A DNA stretch of 64,000 nucleotides from Octopus vulgaris (Eukaryota), in the NCBI GenBank assembly GCA_951406725.2, contig OX597824.1, positions 96,038,001-96,102,000 on the forward strand. Direction: 5' to 3'. The position numbers and the translations under genes were made by a program. The notes beneath the pieces were generated by a model. The model saw only the letters and a program-made list of their open reading frames with translations. It was not told the DNA's origin and did no database searches. Position 1 is the first letter of the stretch. Every line of letters begins with the position of its first letter. Shown here one piece after another: positions 42,485 through 55,705 of the stretch.

Positions 42485-42934
42485 CTAAAAAATAAAATAC
42501 AACCAAAATTTCATTTCCTTTTCCAATTCTGCAAAATACATAAACATTACTGTTTTTCCCACACAGAATTACTGAAGCATGGAATAAACTCCCCACATCA
42601 GTCGTTGGCTGTCAGGACATTACATCCTTCAAAAACACCCATTCCCTGTTCACGTCCTGTTCATGTACTTTTGGCTACTTTTTTCTGATTAGTTGTATTG
42701 TATTTGAGCACCTGTATACAATAAGTTTGTAATTATTTTGTTAATCATGACAAGCCTCTATGTGCTAGGCTGAATAGCTAGAAATAGCAGCCAACCAAAT
42801 CACACTGAATACACTCCACTGAATCTTAGATAAGGAAGGAACTGGATAATGTAATCTTAGATATGTCACATACCTCAGTAAAAAGACAGAATGGCCAGGG
42901 CTGTGTAGGGTCAGGGCTATCATACAGCTTCCTA

Positions 42935-43232
42935 TTTGCCCTTTTCAAGCCTAGCCAGGCTCATGGGCCCAGTTTCCCGGTTTGTGTGGTGTATCTGTTC
43001 CCCCCAGCTGGACGGGATGCCAGTCCATCGCAGCGTTACTCAAGAAACAGGAAGAGAGAGTGAGAGAAAGTTGTGGCGAAAGAGTACAACAGGGGTCGTC
43101 ACAACCCCCTGCCGGAGCCTCGTGCAGCTTTTTTTGCTCAATAAACCACACACAACACCCGGTCTGGGAATCGAAACCACGATCCTCCGACCGCGAGTTC
43201 GCTGCCCTAACCACTGGGCCATTGTGCCTCCA
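42935..43232 (-). mobile_element. tRNA-derived SINE, family E (GC-rich)
   Basis: Minus strand TGGCCCAGTGGTTAGG...GTTTCGATTCCC head; diverged relative at about 13960-14230. Confidence 0.7.
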
Positions 43233-45252
43233 CATCATACTGCTACAAAACAACAATAACTTGCAAAAAAAAACCATCCCTTTTTCTCATCATCATCATG
43301 TTGGTCTGCTCCTATCAGGTAGAGTATTAAGGCTCTCCATCTCAAGTCCTTTCCTCTTCCGTTCTCACACCTGCTCCATATATGGTAGTTTAGTCCAGTC
43401 CTTGATGTCATCCAACCAGTTTGTTCCAGATCTCCCTCTTGGGCATTCATCAGTTATCCTCCCTTCCAATATTCGGTAAACCTTGTACTCTTACAATGTG
43501 ACCAAACTACTTTAGATTTCTTATTTCTTAATAACTAGGAACAATCATCTTTTCATACTTGCTACCTGTAGTACTTCTTCGTTAATGAACTGCAGGTACG
43601 TGGTATTTCGTTATACAACCATAATATACTGTAAAGCATATTAAATATTTTTATAAGTCAATATTGTATTCTTTTGTCCCAAATATTCTTAACATTTCCT
43701 GTATGCCCACATTTCATCATCATCATTGTTTAACATCCACTTTCCATGCTAGCATGGGTTGGATGATTTCACTGAGGACTGGCAAACTAGATGGCTGCAC
43801 CAGGCTCCAATCTTGATCTGGCAGAGTTTCTACAGCTGGATGCCCTTCCTAACGCCATCCACTCTGAGAGTGTAGTGGGTACTTTTTACGTGCCACCGGC
43901 ACGGGGGCCAGTCAGGCGGTACTGGCAATGACCTCGCTCGAATCTTTTTACACATGTCACCAACACAGGTGCCAGTAAGGCGATGCTGGTAATGATCATG
44001 CTCAAATGTTGCCTTTTACATACCACCAGCACGGAAGCCAGTTAGCCGCTCTGGCAACGATCAAGCCACTCTGGCCAAAATCTGTAAGTTTGTTAGATAG
44101 AGATTTCGTTAATCTGCTTTTATAAACAGGTTTAATAACTTCACACCAAGGAATTGATTTGACTTGCCTGTGTTAGAAACAAATAATTCATGACATTTTT
44201 AACCCTTTAACATTCAGATTATTCTGTCAACTGTTATGCTTAATCCCACTGTTTAGTTAGTATCAACCCTGCACTGCCAAGCAATTACCCTTGTGGCTTT
44301 GGGATTTCAATGATGTGATTATTATACTTTTAGAGTGACTTCCTAGTATATAGGTGTGACAGGCCAGATCTGGGTGGTTTGGACATAAAACAGGTAGAAT
44401 GTTTGAGCTGGACCTGGCCAGTTGAAATGCTAAAAGGTAAAATGGATTTAATTGATAATGTGTTTGTCTATGGGCCGACATCAACTCATAAAACGGGTGC
44501 TTAGATGATGAGGGTTGAATCTACAACAAGAAACCTCCCCTATACATTTTGCACCTCATCTCAATGTGGAATGAGATGAATGGGCACAGATGCTGGACAC
44601 AGGTGATGATCTGGCAAAGATGAGTGAATATTCAGGTTGTTGTGGTGACAATACCTCATTCCACAATGAAGCTAAGTAAATCTAGGATAAGACTCAATCA
44701 TCATAGTTTTAATGCTCATTCTTCCAGGCTTGCAAACTTTTATTTGCTTCAGTCAGTAGACTGTGGCCTTGCTGGGGCACCACCCCGAGGAATTTTAGTC
44801 AAACGAATCAACCTCAGTACTTTCAGTTTTTATGCTGAGCAGCTAAATTACAGGGATGTAAACACACCAACACTGGTTGTCAAGCAGTGGTTGGGAACAA
44901 AGACACACAATTTCCAGTTTCCACCCCCAAAATCCACTCACAAGGGTTTGGTCAGCCTTTGTGACTGAAACAAGTAAGAGAATAGAACAACACAATCCTG
45001 TATGGATTTGAGAACCAAAGTGCTATACAATAATTCTATCACGCGACCAGATATAATCTCTGACACCAACGGCTATTCACAATCAGAGGACAGCGAGAAA
45101 GAAGAAGCTTCGAGGTTTCAGTTCTTATTTCCTCCAATGAACAGTTTCCCTGAATGAATCGGTACGTTTGATTTTCGTACAGCAGAGTTGTTTCCCTTTA
45201 CTGTTCGCTTCGTCGTGCTGGTGGTGTTTGGGATATGTGCAACAATATAGCT

Positions 45253-45689
45253 CAGTGGTTCTCAAATCGGGGTCCAAATAGCCCCTGAAAGTCCATATAA
45301 GATTTTTGAGGGTCCACACAAGAAAACTGTAAATTGGGGATCCACTATAGTATTATAAGAGCCCCTGAAAAGATTTTGCTTTCGATGTATGAATCGGTAG
45401 ATATTCCAAGAAACAGCTGGGTTTTTTCTCTAATATCTTCCATAGTTCAACCAACACAATGGTTAATGGGCGAAAAATAGAATAAGGAATTTGAAAGAAA
45501 CTTCTATAAAACTAATTTTTAAACATTGAATGGCTATAGCAGGGTCCACCAGAATAAAATAGCAATCAAAGGGGTCCACAGATTAAAAAAATGGATGAGA
45601 ACCCCTGCTTTAGATAAATGTATTGGTTATGTCTTGCAAGAAACAGCTGGGATTCTTTCTCCAACATTTTCCATAGTTCAACTTACACA

Positions 45690-45722
<33 letters not shown>

Positions 45723-46178
45723 ATTTGGCTCAAAAGCAAATAGCAAGGCCATGTAGGGGGACATGGAGTTAAGTACAGGGTGGTGTTCATGTAAAGAGTT
45801 CAGGCCACTTGAGGTCCAGGGAGGCTTTGAACAAAGCGGTCGTCGGCATCTTCACCATCTCGTCTGGCAGCTTGTTCCACGGATCCGCAACCCGGACGGA
45901 GAATGCCCCTCTCTTTCGATTGAGATGAAATCGTCGCAGGTAGAGCTTTTCGGAATGACCCCGCAGCCGACGCTCTGGAGCAGGAGTGAAGAACAGCTCT
46001 TTCGAGAGGTTACACTTTCCGCTTATGATGTTAATGGGTGATGAAAAACAAAATAGGAATTTTTGAAAGAAGTTTCTTTAAAACTAGTTTTTAAACATCA
46101 AATGGCTTGGGGGTCTACCAGAATATAGTAATCAAAGGGGGTCCAAAAATTTTTTTTTAAAATAGTTGAGAGCCCCTG
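45253..46178. mobile_element. hAT-like MITE copies in tandem, the second interrupted by the CR1 fragment
   Basis: Ends cagtggttctcaa...gagaacccctg and ...gagagcccctg. The internal segment is repeated on both sides of the CR1 insert. Related sequence at about 18710-18970. Confidence 0.6.
45691..46035 (-). mobile_element. CR1-clade LINE 3' end with (TAAC)n tail
   Basis: Translates to LRGHSEKL...AFSVRVADPWNKLPDEMVKMPTTALFKASLDLKW, the CR1 ORF2 C-terminal signature, followed by a tetranucleotide tail. Confidence 0.8.
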
Positions 46179-48859
46179 TAATAGATTCCTTTACTTGTTT
46201 CAGTCATTTTGATTGTTACCATGCTGGAGCACCACTTTTAGTCAAACAAACTGACCCCAGGACTCATTCTTTGTAAGCCTAGTACTTATTTTATTTGTCC
46301 CTTTTGCCGAACTCCTAAGTTTTGGGGACATAAGCACACCAACATCAGTTGTCAAGTAATGTGGAGGAGTGACAAACACAGACACAAATACATACATATA
46401 TATGTGTCTGTGTATGTGTGTATATATATATATATGACACACACACACATATATATATATACAAATACATATATACGATGGGCTTCTTTCAGTTTCCATT
46501 TACCTATCCACTCACAAGGCTTTGCTTGGCCCGAGGCTATAGTAGAAGACACTTGACCAAGGTGCCACGCAGTGGAAATACTTAATCTTAACTGAATTTT
46601 TCTGTTTTTATTCTTATACTCCACAGGAAGCCTTTGTTACTTTCTGCTGCCCAACACGGAAGAGAAAAAGGAAAGGAAAGCAACCCTGCTGCCAGAAGGA
46701 AACAGAAAAGAGGGAGAGAATTATAAGAATACAACAATACTACCCTAATGTATCTTTCTTTGATTTTTAGTTTGTTTCATTCAGGGGACTGCGGCCATGC
46801 TGGGGCACCATTTTGAAGGGTTTAGTCGAACAAATCAACCCTGGGTCTATTTTTCTTTTCTTTTAATTCTGGTTCTTATTCTAATGCCAAACCAAAAGCA
46901 CTGTGGTGTGTCACAGTAGAATGTTACACAGTCTTCTGAAAAATTTGCAAGAACAGATGGAAGTCGGGTTGTCTTCTTTCCTTCACTTCCAATTATCTCC
47001 AAGTTTATGGAAACTGTTGTGAATTTCCTTCGGAATAGGACGACATTCTACAGCAAGAAACATTTCCTATACATTATGTGCCAAATCTGTTTCACCACTT
47101 TGGGTTTAGTACTTAATGTCTTTCGTTACCTTCAGTTTTGGTACTTAACATCTTCAATCATCATCTTCAGCTCAACTCCCAGTGACATAAGATCATATAT
47201 TTTGATTCCTGGACCATAGCAGTGCATCGTGTTCTTGAGCAAAACACTTCATTTCCAGTCTGTCCATAAATTAAAATGATTGTCCGTACAATGGTCTGGC
47301 ATTTCGTTCATGGAGCATGTTGTGATCTTGGTCACTTAATACATCATGGAAACCAGGAAGCCAGCCTTACAAGTCCAATGACTTGAGACAGTAATGTCCA
47401 AATGCTCCTTTAGTTTCTCATCTTTGACCTCACAAAGTCAAACCATTCTATTACAGCATGTGATCTCTCTCCAGCCCACTACAATCTACCAAATTCATCG
47501 TACCCTAGGTTCAGTTATGTCCCCATTAATGCATATATATATATATATATATCATCATCGTTTAACGTCCGTTTTCCATGCTAGCATGTGTTGGATGGTT
47601 CGACTGGGGTCTGGGAAGCCAGGAGGCTGCACCAGTCTCCAGTCTGATCTGGCAGTGTTTCTGCAGCTGGATGCCCTTCCTAACGCCAACCACTCCGAGA
47701 GTGTAGTGGGTGCTTTTTACGTGCCACCGGCACAGGGGCCAGAGGAGGCTGGCAACGGCCACAATCGGTTGGTGCTTTTTACGTGCCACCAGCACAGAAG
47801 CCAGTCAAGGAGGCACTGGCATCGGCCACATACAGATGGTGCTTTTTACGTGCCACCGTCACAGTTATCAGAACTACAATTTCCATATATATATATATAT
47901 ATATATATATATCCAACCCATGTCACCATGGAGACGTATCATGACGATGATAATATATTGCTGTTACTTTTAACCACACAAACTTTAACACCCGTGATAC
48001 TAACTTACCCACCCACCCTTTTTCTTTGGCCTACTTTCCTAATACAGGTCATCCACATGTACCTTAGACCCCTTCACACAAGGAAAGGCACCCTACAATA
48101 TCCAGTGAAATGCATGACAGCGTGAAAATTTAAACCGGGCGTCTTTCTAAAGGGACGTAACTCTTTATGTCCTACTAAGTGAACGGTGACGACTCTATTC
48201 CTAGGCGTGCAAATAAATCACCAATTACTGATATATTTCCTGAAATCACAACCTACCATCTTTAGGGAAAGAAAAAAGGGACCACATGGAACACTGTAGT
48301 CCTACATATACAAAAAGACAGGATAACCAAAGCTGAAATGCTAGACCAAGATTAACACACGTTCAATGCCAAATTCTTAAATTGAATCAGAAGTCCCAAC
48401 ACCTTTTATCATTTTGTGACCATATTTCTCCTGAAATACAGGGTGACCCAAAAGTAGGTTTACAGTCATTCAACTATCTCTTTCGCATTCATATATTAAT
48501 AGTTTGGATCTTAATTATATAAAAAAATATGAAACCATTATTATTTGCTAATTTAGTTAATTTTGTCAAGCTCTCTTTTCAGTTTGTAAGATAGAAATTT
48601 AAATGTAATAAAATGTTTTAAAAGAAATTTAAAGTGCCTACGTGATAACTGTAAACCTAAACTTTTAAAGTAACGAAGAATTTAGTAAAGTATCTTGGTC
48701 ATTATTAAGCTTGTTTGGGACATAACTTAGTACAAAATTTTGATGGAAGTTTATCATTCAAATCACTTGAAAACATGAATTTTGTGTCATAGCCCCAGGG
48801 TGGGTTTAGGCGGGTTGGTATCAAAAGGATTGAAAAAAAGGATGAAACCTAATACTTAC

Positions 48860-48962
48860 TGTTCAGCCAAACTATGATTGTTGAGAACATGGACATAAAT
48901 GGCGAGTGCTTGTTCATGCCGGCCAAGTCGCCCCAGTAATATTGCCCTCTCTTCATAGAAAT
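48860..48962 (-). CDS. VPS39: VPS39 exon: (D)FYEERAILLGRLGRHEQALAIYVHVLNNHSLAE
   Basis: Conserved EERA.LLGR.G.HEQAL.IYVH motif. Sites tatttag|AT and CA|gtaagt; 103 nt. Confidence 0.95.
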
Positions 48963-50223
48963 CTAAATAAACAGACAATAAAACCAGATCAAAGTCTCTT
49001 CATAATCTTTATTTCCAAAATCATTTCAAAGCAAAGAATACAAACAGTGGAATAAATTTTAGGCTGTAAGGAAGAAGAGAAGACTAAACAGGTCAGTTGG
49101 AATACTTCATTAAAAAGAGATGAAATATTTACTTGTGTAGCAGGAACAATAATTATCAATAAGGTGTAGGAGTGGCTGTGTGGTAAGTAGCTTGTTTATG
49201 AACCACATGGTTCCAGGTTCGGTCCCACTGTGTGGCACCTTGGGCAAGTGTCTTCACTATAGCCTCAGGCTGACCAAAGCCTTGTGAGTGGATTTGGCTG
49301 ATGGAAACTGAAAGAAGCCTGCCGTATATATGTATATATATGTAGGTGCGTGTATATGTTTGTGTGTCTGTGTTTGTCCCCCCCAACATCACTTGACAAC
49401 TGATGCTGGTGTGTTTACGTCCCTGTAACTTAGCAGTTCGGCAAAAGTGACCGATAGAATAAGCACTAGGCTTCCAAAGAATAAGTCCTGGGGTTTATTT
49501 GCTCGAGTAAAGGTGGTGCTCCAGCATGGCCACAGTCATATGAGTAAAAGAGTAATAAGGGAATAAGGGAGAAAGGAAAAACTATTAAGTGCCACTTTGG
49601 CATGGGATCTACAAAGGAGATAACTTTAGGTTAGATTTTAGTTTACTTTTCAATTTCTAAAAACCCGTTAGATGTTGGCTAAGGATTTTTACAATGTGAT
49701 CAGCGACAAGACAAAGGCAGCTGCATATTTACAAGAAACCATCACTAAATTCACATCATTTCTTAAGAAAAAGAAATGTGCCACTTTGCCATGTGAGATT
49801 ACTTTAGATTACAAGATCAAAGTAACCAGAAGAGAGATCATGTTTGGATGGTGTTTTTTACATGCCATGGGCACGGGAGCCTGTCTGGGGTTACTGGCAT
49901 GATGATGATGAATAATTTCAACTTTTGGCACAAGGCCAGCAATTTCAGGAGAGGAATTAAATTGATTACATCAGCCTCAGTGTACAGTTGGTATTTATTT
50001 TATCGACCCTGAAATGATGAAAGGCAAAGTCAACCTCGGTGGAATTTGAACGTAAAGACAGATGAAACATTTTTTTGCCCAGTGTGCCAACAATTCTGCC
50101 ACTTCACTACCCTACCAAGCAGATCAATATTAACCCCATGGCTAGACATGTTTTTCTCAGATGTATAGAACAGCACTTGTATGCTCGTGAAACTTCTTTA
50201 CAACCATCACAAAATATCCAGAC

Positions 50224-50759
50224 CAGGGGTCGCCAAACTTTTTGACCATCGACCTCCTTTAACCACTTTTCCTGCCGCATTGATCCCCTTTAGCCACTTC
50301 TCCTTCTGCATTGACCACCCTCCTCATTCAAAATATCTTAATAACTTACCCTACCATACCATATTTTAAATGCATCCCGAGTACTGATGCTGGCAATTAA
50401 AATGTTAGCTAAAATATACATGTATGACTAATTAAGAAATTCTATTGAAGATGACACACTTTTTACATTTAAAAGTATGTGTACGAGTATGCAGTATTAA
50501 ACTTTCAATTTTTATGAAATTGTTTTTATGGTTAGAAAATATGAAAAACACATTATATTGCTGGAATATCTTTTATTGAAATTGACAACATCAATGGGAG
50601 GGATGGGCATGGAGCTGACTTAAGTATTCCAAACAGATCATCTGGGTGAGCTGGTCTTTCGCACGCCGACCCCCATTCCACTCCCTTGGCTAACATCGAA
50701 CTCCTGTAATTCCTCGCCAACTCCTAGAAGGTCCTTCGAACTCCCTTTGGCAACCCCTG
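50224..50759. mobile_element. hAT (Charlie-like) non-autonomous element
   Basis: TIRs caggggtcgccaaa / tttggcaacccctg; 8-bp flanks atccagac/gtctagac. Confidence 0.75.
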
Positions 50760-50820
50760 GTCTAGACCATGATACACACACACATGTAGCCACACAAAAT
50801 CATTTTAATCTGAAGCTTAC

Positions 50821-50940
50821 CGTCAAGGGGAAAGTACGACAAGAGTCGCTCTGGTGTGTAATACTGTGAGCTTTCAAGGAAAGATATGAGTTTACCCTTA
50901 AACTTTTCCAGTTCCTCAGTGGCCGTTTGGAATTCTTGTG
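50821..50940 (-). CDS. VPS39: VPS39 exon: (S)QEFQTATEELEKFKGKLISFLESSQYYTPERLLSYFPLD
   Basis: Resembles vertebrate KLLMFLEISSYYDPGRLICDFPFD. Sites ctttttag|CA and G|gtaagc; 120 nt. Confidence 0.93.
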
Positions 50941-51085
50941 CTAAAAAGAAGCAAAAGAGAAATGAATTGAATTTGTTAATAAGAAAGAACAGACATATAA
51001 TTACAAGCAAAATCAGTCTTAATAAGGTTATATAAATAAAGGAAAGCAAGATAATGATTTTTCGATTTGGAAATAAATTTGAGAT

Positions 51086-51272
51086 CTTCATCAACATCAT
51101 CACTGACATCATCATAATCATCAGCATCATCATCATAATCATCGTTATCATCATCATCATAATCATCATAATCATCAGCATCATCGTCGTCGTCGTCATC
51201 ATCATTATCATCAGCATCATCATTGTCGTCAACATTGTCATTATCATTGTTGTCATAGTCATCATCATCATC
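51086..51272. repeat. Expanded (ATC)n tract at the tail of a family B repeat
   Basis: Direct inspection; gives the poly-M, poly-D and poly-I ORFs. Confidence 0.9.
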
Positions 51273-53053
51273 TAAATATCCATGTGCCATGCTGGCATGG
51301 GTTGGACAGTTTGGCAGGGTCCAGTGGGTCCGAGGACTGGACCATGCTCCAATGTCTGCTTTGATATGGTTTCTACAAGATGACATTCCTAATGCCAACC
51401 ATTTTCGAGTGTGTACTGAATGCTTTTGTGTGTGTGTGCCACCAGCACCAGGGAAGTCACCATACACCTCATAAGACTACAAACCCCAAGGAAATGGAGG
51501 GGGGGAGGCCCTGCTTGGATTTTGTAATGTTCTGCACTGCATTGTAACCTTACAGGAGCTATCATTTAGCTCCATGATCAAAGGTATTCCAGACATGACT
51601 ACCACAAATATTTTTTTCAGGCATAGCATACATTGGACAACACTATCCATATATGTTCTTCACTAAAATGGTTGCATAGAATTGAAGGGAGATTTGGCTA
51701 CTATTTCTAGCCGATCGAGTGACCATATTGAGGCTCCCTTGTCAGCTTGTGTCACAAATATGTATCAGACTGGGTCATAGTCTTACATTCCATCCACTGT
51801 TCATGTCCCACTCCATGGCCCTGGAAGGGTGAAAGCCAAGTTGACTGCGATTGGATGTGAAGGGATTTAACTAAATGCTGCAAAGGATTTTGTCTAACAC
51901 ACCACCGATTCTGTCATACTGCCAACACCTGTCTTGACTGAGACAAAAGACCCTTGCCACTGAAAGACCCTTGCCACTTGGTTAGTGGCCAGCTTGAATT
52001 CTCCAAATGAACAAAAACTTAACCCCTTCGTTACCAACCTGGCTGAAACCAGCTCTGGCTCAGAGTACAAATGTCTTGTTTTCATAAGTTTTGAATTAAA
52101 AATCTTCCACCAAACCTTAGTCACAATTTATGTTCCTAACACTAGCTTAATGATAATGAAGTTATTTTACTAAATTCTTTCTTTATATTTAAAATTATTT
52201 GAAAGAAACACAGAGCATCTCAACAGAAATACAGTAACGAAAGGGTTATATAAAAGCACAAGCGTAGCTGTGTGGTAAGTAGCTTGCTTCCCAACCACAT
52301 GGTTCTGGGTTCAGTCCCATTGGGTGACACCTTGAGCAAGTGTCTTCTACTATAGCCTCGGGCCAACCAAAGCCTTGTGAGTGGATTTGGTAGATGGAAA
52401 CTGAAAGAAGCCCATCGTTTGTGTGTGTCTGTGCATCTATGTTTGTCCCCCCCCCCCTGTATTGCTTGACAACTGGTGTTGGTATGTTTATGTTCACGTA
52501 ACATAACAGACCAGGAAAACAGACGGACAGAATAAGCACCAGGCTTTAAAAAAGACCTAAGTCCTGGGGGTCGATTCATGCGATTGAAAATTCTTCGAGA
52601 CACTGCCCCAGCATGGCCACAATCAAATGACCGAAACAAGTAAAAGAAAAAAAGACAGAAGATAAATCCTAAAAAAAAAAAAAAAAATCATAAAAGCGTC
52701 TTTCAATTTATTAAAAGTTTGCAGTATGACAACGAAAAACAAATAATTAAAAAAAATATTTTTTGATAAATGAAAATCATAAAAATTTTCAGTTTAGCAT
52801 AAGAAAAAAATTAGTGCAGGTTTTCGTCAACAAAAACAACAACAACAAGCAACAAAAACATCTTTAAATGATTATTCTGGAGCATATTCACCATCTACTT
52901 CAATTACTGCTTCCCATTTACTTGGCAGACAGTCAAAACTGTCATTTAAAGATGTTTTTGTTAAATATTGTTATTGTTTTTGTTGAATAAAATTAGTTGA
53001 AAAAAAATGCCGCAATGATTATGCACCAACTCTGTAGTTTAGTAAAAACTTAC

Positions 53054-53171
53054 AATCAGAATTTAAAGAGGATCTGTGCAATATGATCTCTTGAGTCTTT
53101 TCTCTGTACAAGTTCACTAATAAGTTGTGGAAATCTGTGTTTGTTTCATTCCAATGTTCTATAATATGTTC
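53054..53171 (-). CDS. VPS39: VPS39 exon: EHIIEHWNETNTDFHNLLVNLYREKTQEIILHRSSLNSD
   Basis: Resembles vertebrate EHIIHVWEETGSRFHNCLIQLYCEK. Sites tcttgtcag|GAA and T|gtaagt; 118 nt. Confidence 0.94.
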
Positions 53172-53324
53172 CTGACAAGACAAAAGATACTGTGTATAAT
53201 ATAATACTATATATAAACACACACACACATATATGCAGAAGGTTGAAAAGGAACACACGAATTGATATACATGGAAAAAAAAGTCAAGGGAGAAAATGCT
53301 AAAATAATTTTATAAAAAATATTT

Positions 53325-53360
53325 CAGTACCGGTTTCAGTCATTAAGACTTTTTCAACTG
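53325..53360 (-). ncRNA. Minimal hammerhead-like motif with a U3:A8 core
   Basis: Minus strand reads CAG-TTGAAAA-AGTC(TTAAT)GACT-GAAAC-CG-GTA^CTG. Confidence 0.55.
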
Positions 53361-53761
53361 TAAGTATGGAAAACAATTAAATTTTAGAAAAATTAAATGA
53401 AAAGTTTTTTAAAAGAATATTTGCATAGTATTCAAACGCAAGGGGCATTTTCCTTGTTTCTGCCTGTCTCTGTTTCTCTTGTTTACTCTTGTCGGTTCGA
53501 GGTCTTTGTGAATTTGAATACAATGCAAATATTCTTTTAAAAAACAAGAGAAGTGGCTATGTGCCAGGTAAGGGGTTAGAGTTTTAATAGAGGGACAGAG
53601 GTAGTTGTCTTACTACTTTAGAGATACTCGGAGGGAGATAGACACATACACACACACACACACATATATACCGTATTTACACATGCGTAAGTTGCACCAC
53701 AGTTTTATCAGTTAAAAATCAACTCATACACAACTAAATATAGTACGCATGTCTGTCTGTT

Positions 53762-53795
<34 letters not shown>

Positions 53796-54473
53796 ATCAT
53801 CATCATCGTTTAACGTCCATCTTCCATGCTAGCATGGGTGGGATGGTTTCACAAGAGCCAGCCAGGCAGAAGCCTACACCAGACTTCTGTGACTGTTTTG
53901 GCAGGATTTTTACAGCTGGATACCCCTTCCTAATTCCAAACCCTCAATATATATATATAGTAAGAAGTTGCAACTCAATACAAGGCAAATGTTACGATGT
54001 CTCACGTGGCCACAAATTTTGGGTGGAATGAAGCCACTTGTTACCAAGGGAGGTAACTCTGTAACATTCTTCCATCAACTTACTTCGCTTCTTCCACTGC
54101 GACCATCTCCAGCCGTAATTCAATCATTATTCAAGGGACCCATGTTGATGGGTAGGAATACATAAATCCCTATAAAAAAACACACGCAGCCTTGCAGCAC
54201 GGTCATGTAAACACAAACAACAGTGCATTCTGGGTAGCGGAGCATTGTGGGTGGTTGCTGGAGATTAAACTCACTGTGCAGGGCACCGGAACAAATACTG
54301 CAAAAGTATTTTACCAAACTCTGTACCAATTCTACCAATGAACCCATCCCTTTAATCATAATAACAACAACACCAACAACAACTCGCACTTAACTGTTGA
54401 ACTATGATTTACCAATAAATTTGTAATTCTCGCAAACAACGTCTAAGCTTGGTGAACAGTCAAAAGTACTTAC

Positions 54474-54575
54474 TAAATATAAAATGGTAACATTGCTGCT
54501 AAAATTGGTTTCTAAGAATTCCAACACTTTATCTCTTGGTAAAGATTCAACTTCGGGCATGTCCTCTGTAAATAT
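54474..54575 (-). CDS. VPS39: VPS39 exon: IFTEDMPEVESLPRDKVLEFLETNFSSNVTILYL
   Basis: Close to vertebrate IFTEDLPEVESLPRDRVLGFL. Sites ttttag|ATA and TTA|gtaagt; 102 nt. Confidence 0.95.
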
Positions 54576-55041
54576 CTAAAAACAGAAAAATATTAACCGT
54601 TTAGCATTCAGATTACTCTGTCAAATGGATTTAGTCTTATCTATTCATGCATTATCTTGTAGCTTTGAGGTTTTTAGAATGACATTGCAGGGTAGGTGTG
54701 AAAAGTCAGTTCTTGCCAGAATATTTTGGTCTGATACGGCTGGTTTAAGTGCTAAAAGGTGAAGTATAAAGTCTTGTTTCCAGAATGAAATCCAAGTATT
54801 CCAAAAGAGTGAGGATAGCTATTAACTGCATGGTATGGCTGTGGGGTTAAGACGTTCAATGTGTGCTTCTCGTCTACATGGGTTTGGGATCAGTCCCACA
54901 GTACAGCACCTTGGATAAGTGTCTTCTATTTATCCCCATGCCAACAAAGGGCTTGTGAGGGGGATTTACAGAAGAACTGAAAGGAGGCTTATGTGTGTGT
55001 GCATGTGTGTATGTATACATGTTGCACATGTGTGTATGCTC

Positions 55042-55076
<35 letters not shown>

Positions 55077-55215
55077 CTCTGTGTGTGTGTGTGTATGTAT
55101 GTCATTATTCAGTTTATTTCAAGATTTCTTGCCAACAGAGAAAGAACCAGTTTCTAACCTAGATCCAAGGTTTCTTTATTGGAATTTCAACATCAACAAC
55201 AGGGTATTTTTGTTT

Positions 55216-55705
55216 ATAATAATAATAATAATGAAATTATTGTATGCAGTGCTCAGGTGCACCACAACTTGTCAAAAGTGCGTGCATGTATATATGCAGA
55301 TTTGTATGTTTTATGTATGTATGTATTCTCATGCATATAGTTGCATATCCAGACATGCTCATATATATTTAAATGATAAACTTCTGGAAAGTTTACAGTT
55401 CCAGTGATGGATTAGATCTGAAGTCTTCGAATTAGCTTTCTCCTTTCTGGTTTGGAGAAACCTAATTTCTCAAGATTGGTATTTAGGCATCGTGTTACAT
55501 ATCCCAGGGCCCCAATAATTACAGCTATGAGCTGTAATCTTGATAGAGTAACTACAGATTTCTCAATAGTCCAGCGTAGGTATTCTCTTTTCCACTGATC
55601 TTCAGCTTTTTGTTAACATCCGCTGCTCAGCTAATTTCCACAACTGTGCACAGTTTCTCTTCTCTATCCCAAATCATTAAATCAGGTCTTTTGTGATTAC
55701 ATTTT
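55216..55705 (-). mobile_element. 5'-truncated R4/Dong-like non-LTR retrotransposon 3' end (restriction-like endonuclease remnant)
   Basis: Translates with stops and a frameshift to HKRPDLMIWDREEKLCTVVEIS*AADVN...KENTY...IAVIIGALGYV, matching the RPD...E...D...K..Y...VIGALG pattern of RLE domains. Ends at an (ATT)n tract. Confidence 0.75.

Noticed and set aside
44600-44660. Alternative candidate for the VPS39 YC exon (G TAT TGT CAC CAC...)
   Set aside because: No polypyrimidine tract or suitable donor; 42439-42484 fits the sequence, phase and splice sites.
47394-48125. Longest ORF in the track (243 aa)
   Set aside because: Reads through a family B repeat and TA microsatellites; the peptide LQLDALPNANH recurs in every copy of the repeat.
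50942-51467. Poly-Met, poly-Asp and poly-Ile ORFs
   Set aside because: An (ATC)n tract; only 50821-50940 is a real exon.
55130-55185. Possible sixth hammerhead-like fold (AACCT-loop-AGGTT-AGAAACTGGTT)
   Set aside because: No recognisable CUGANGA core.
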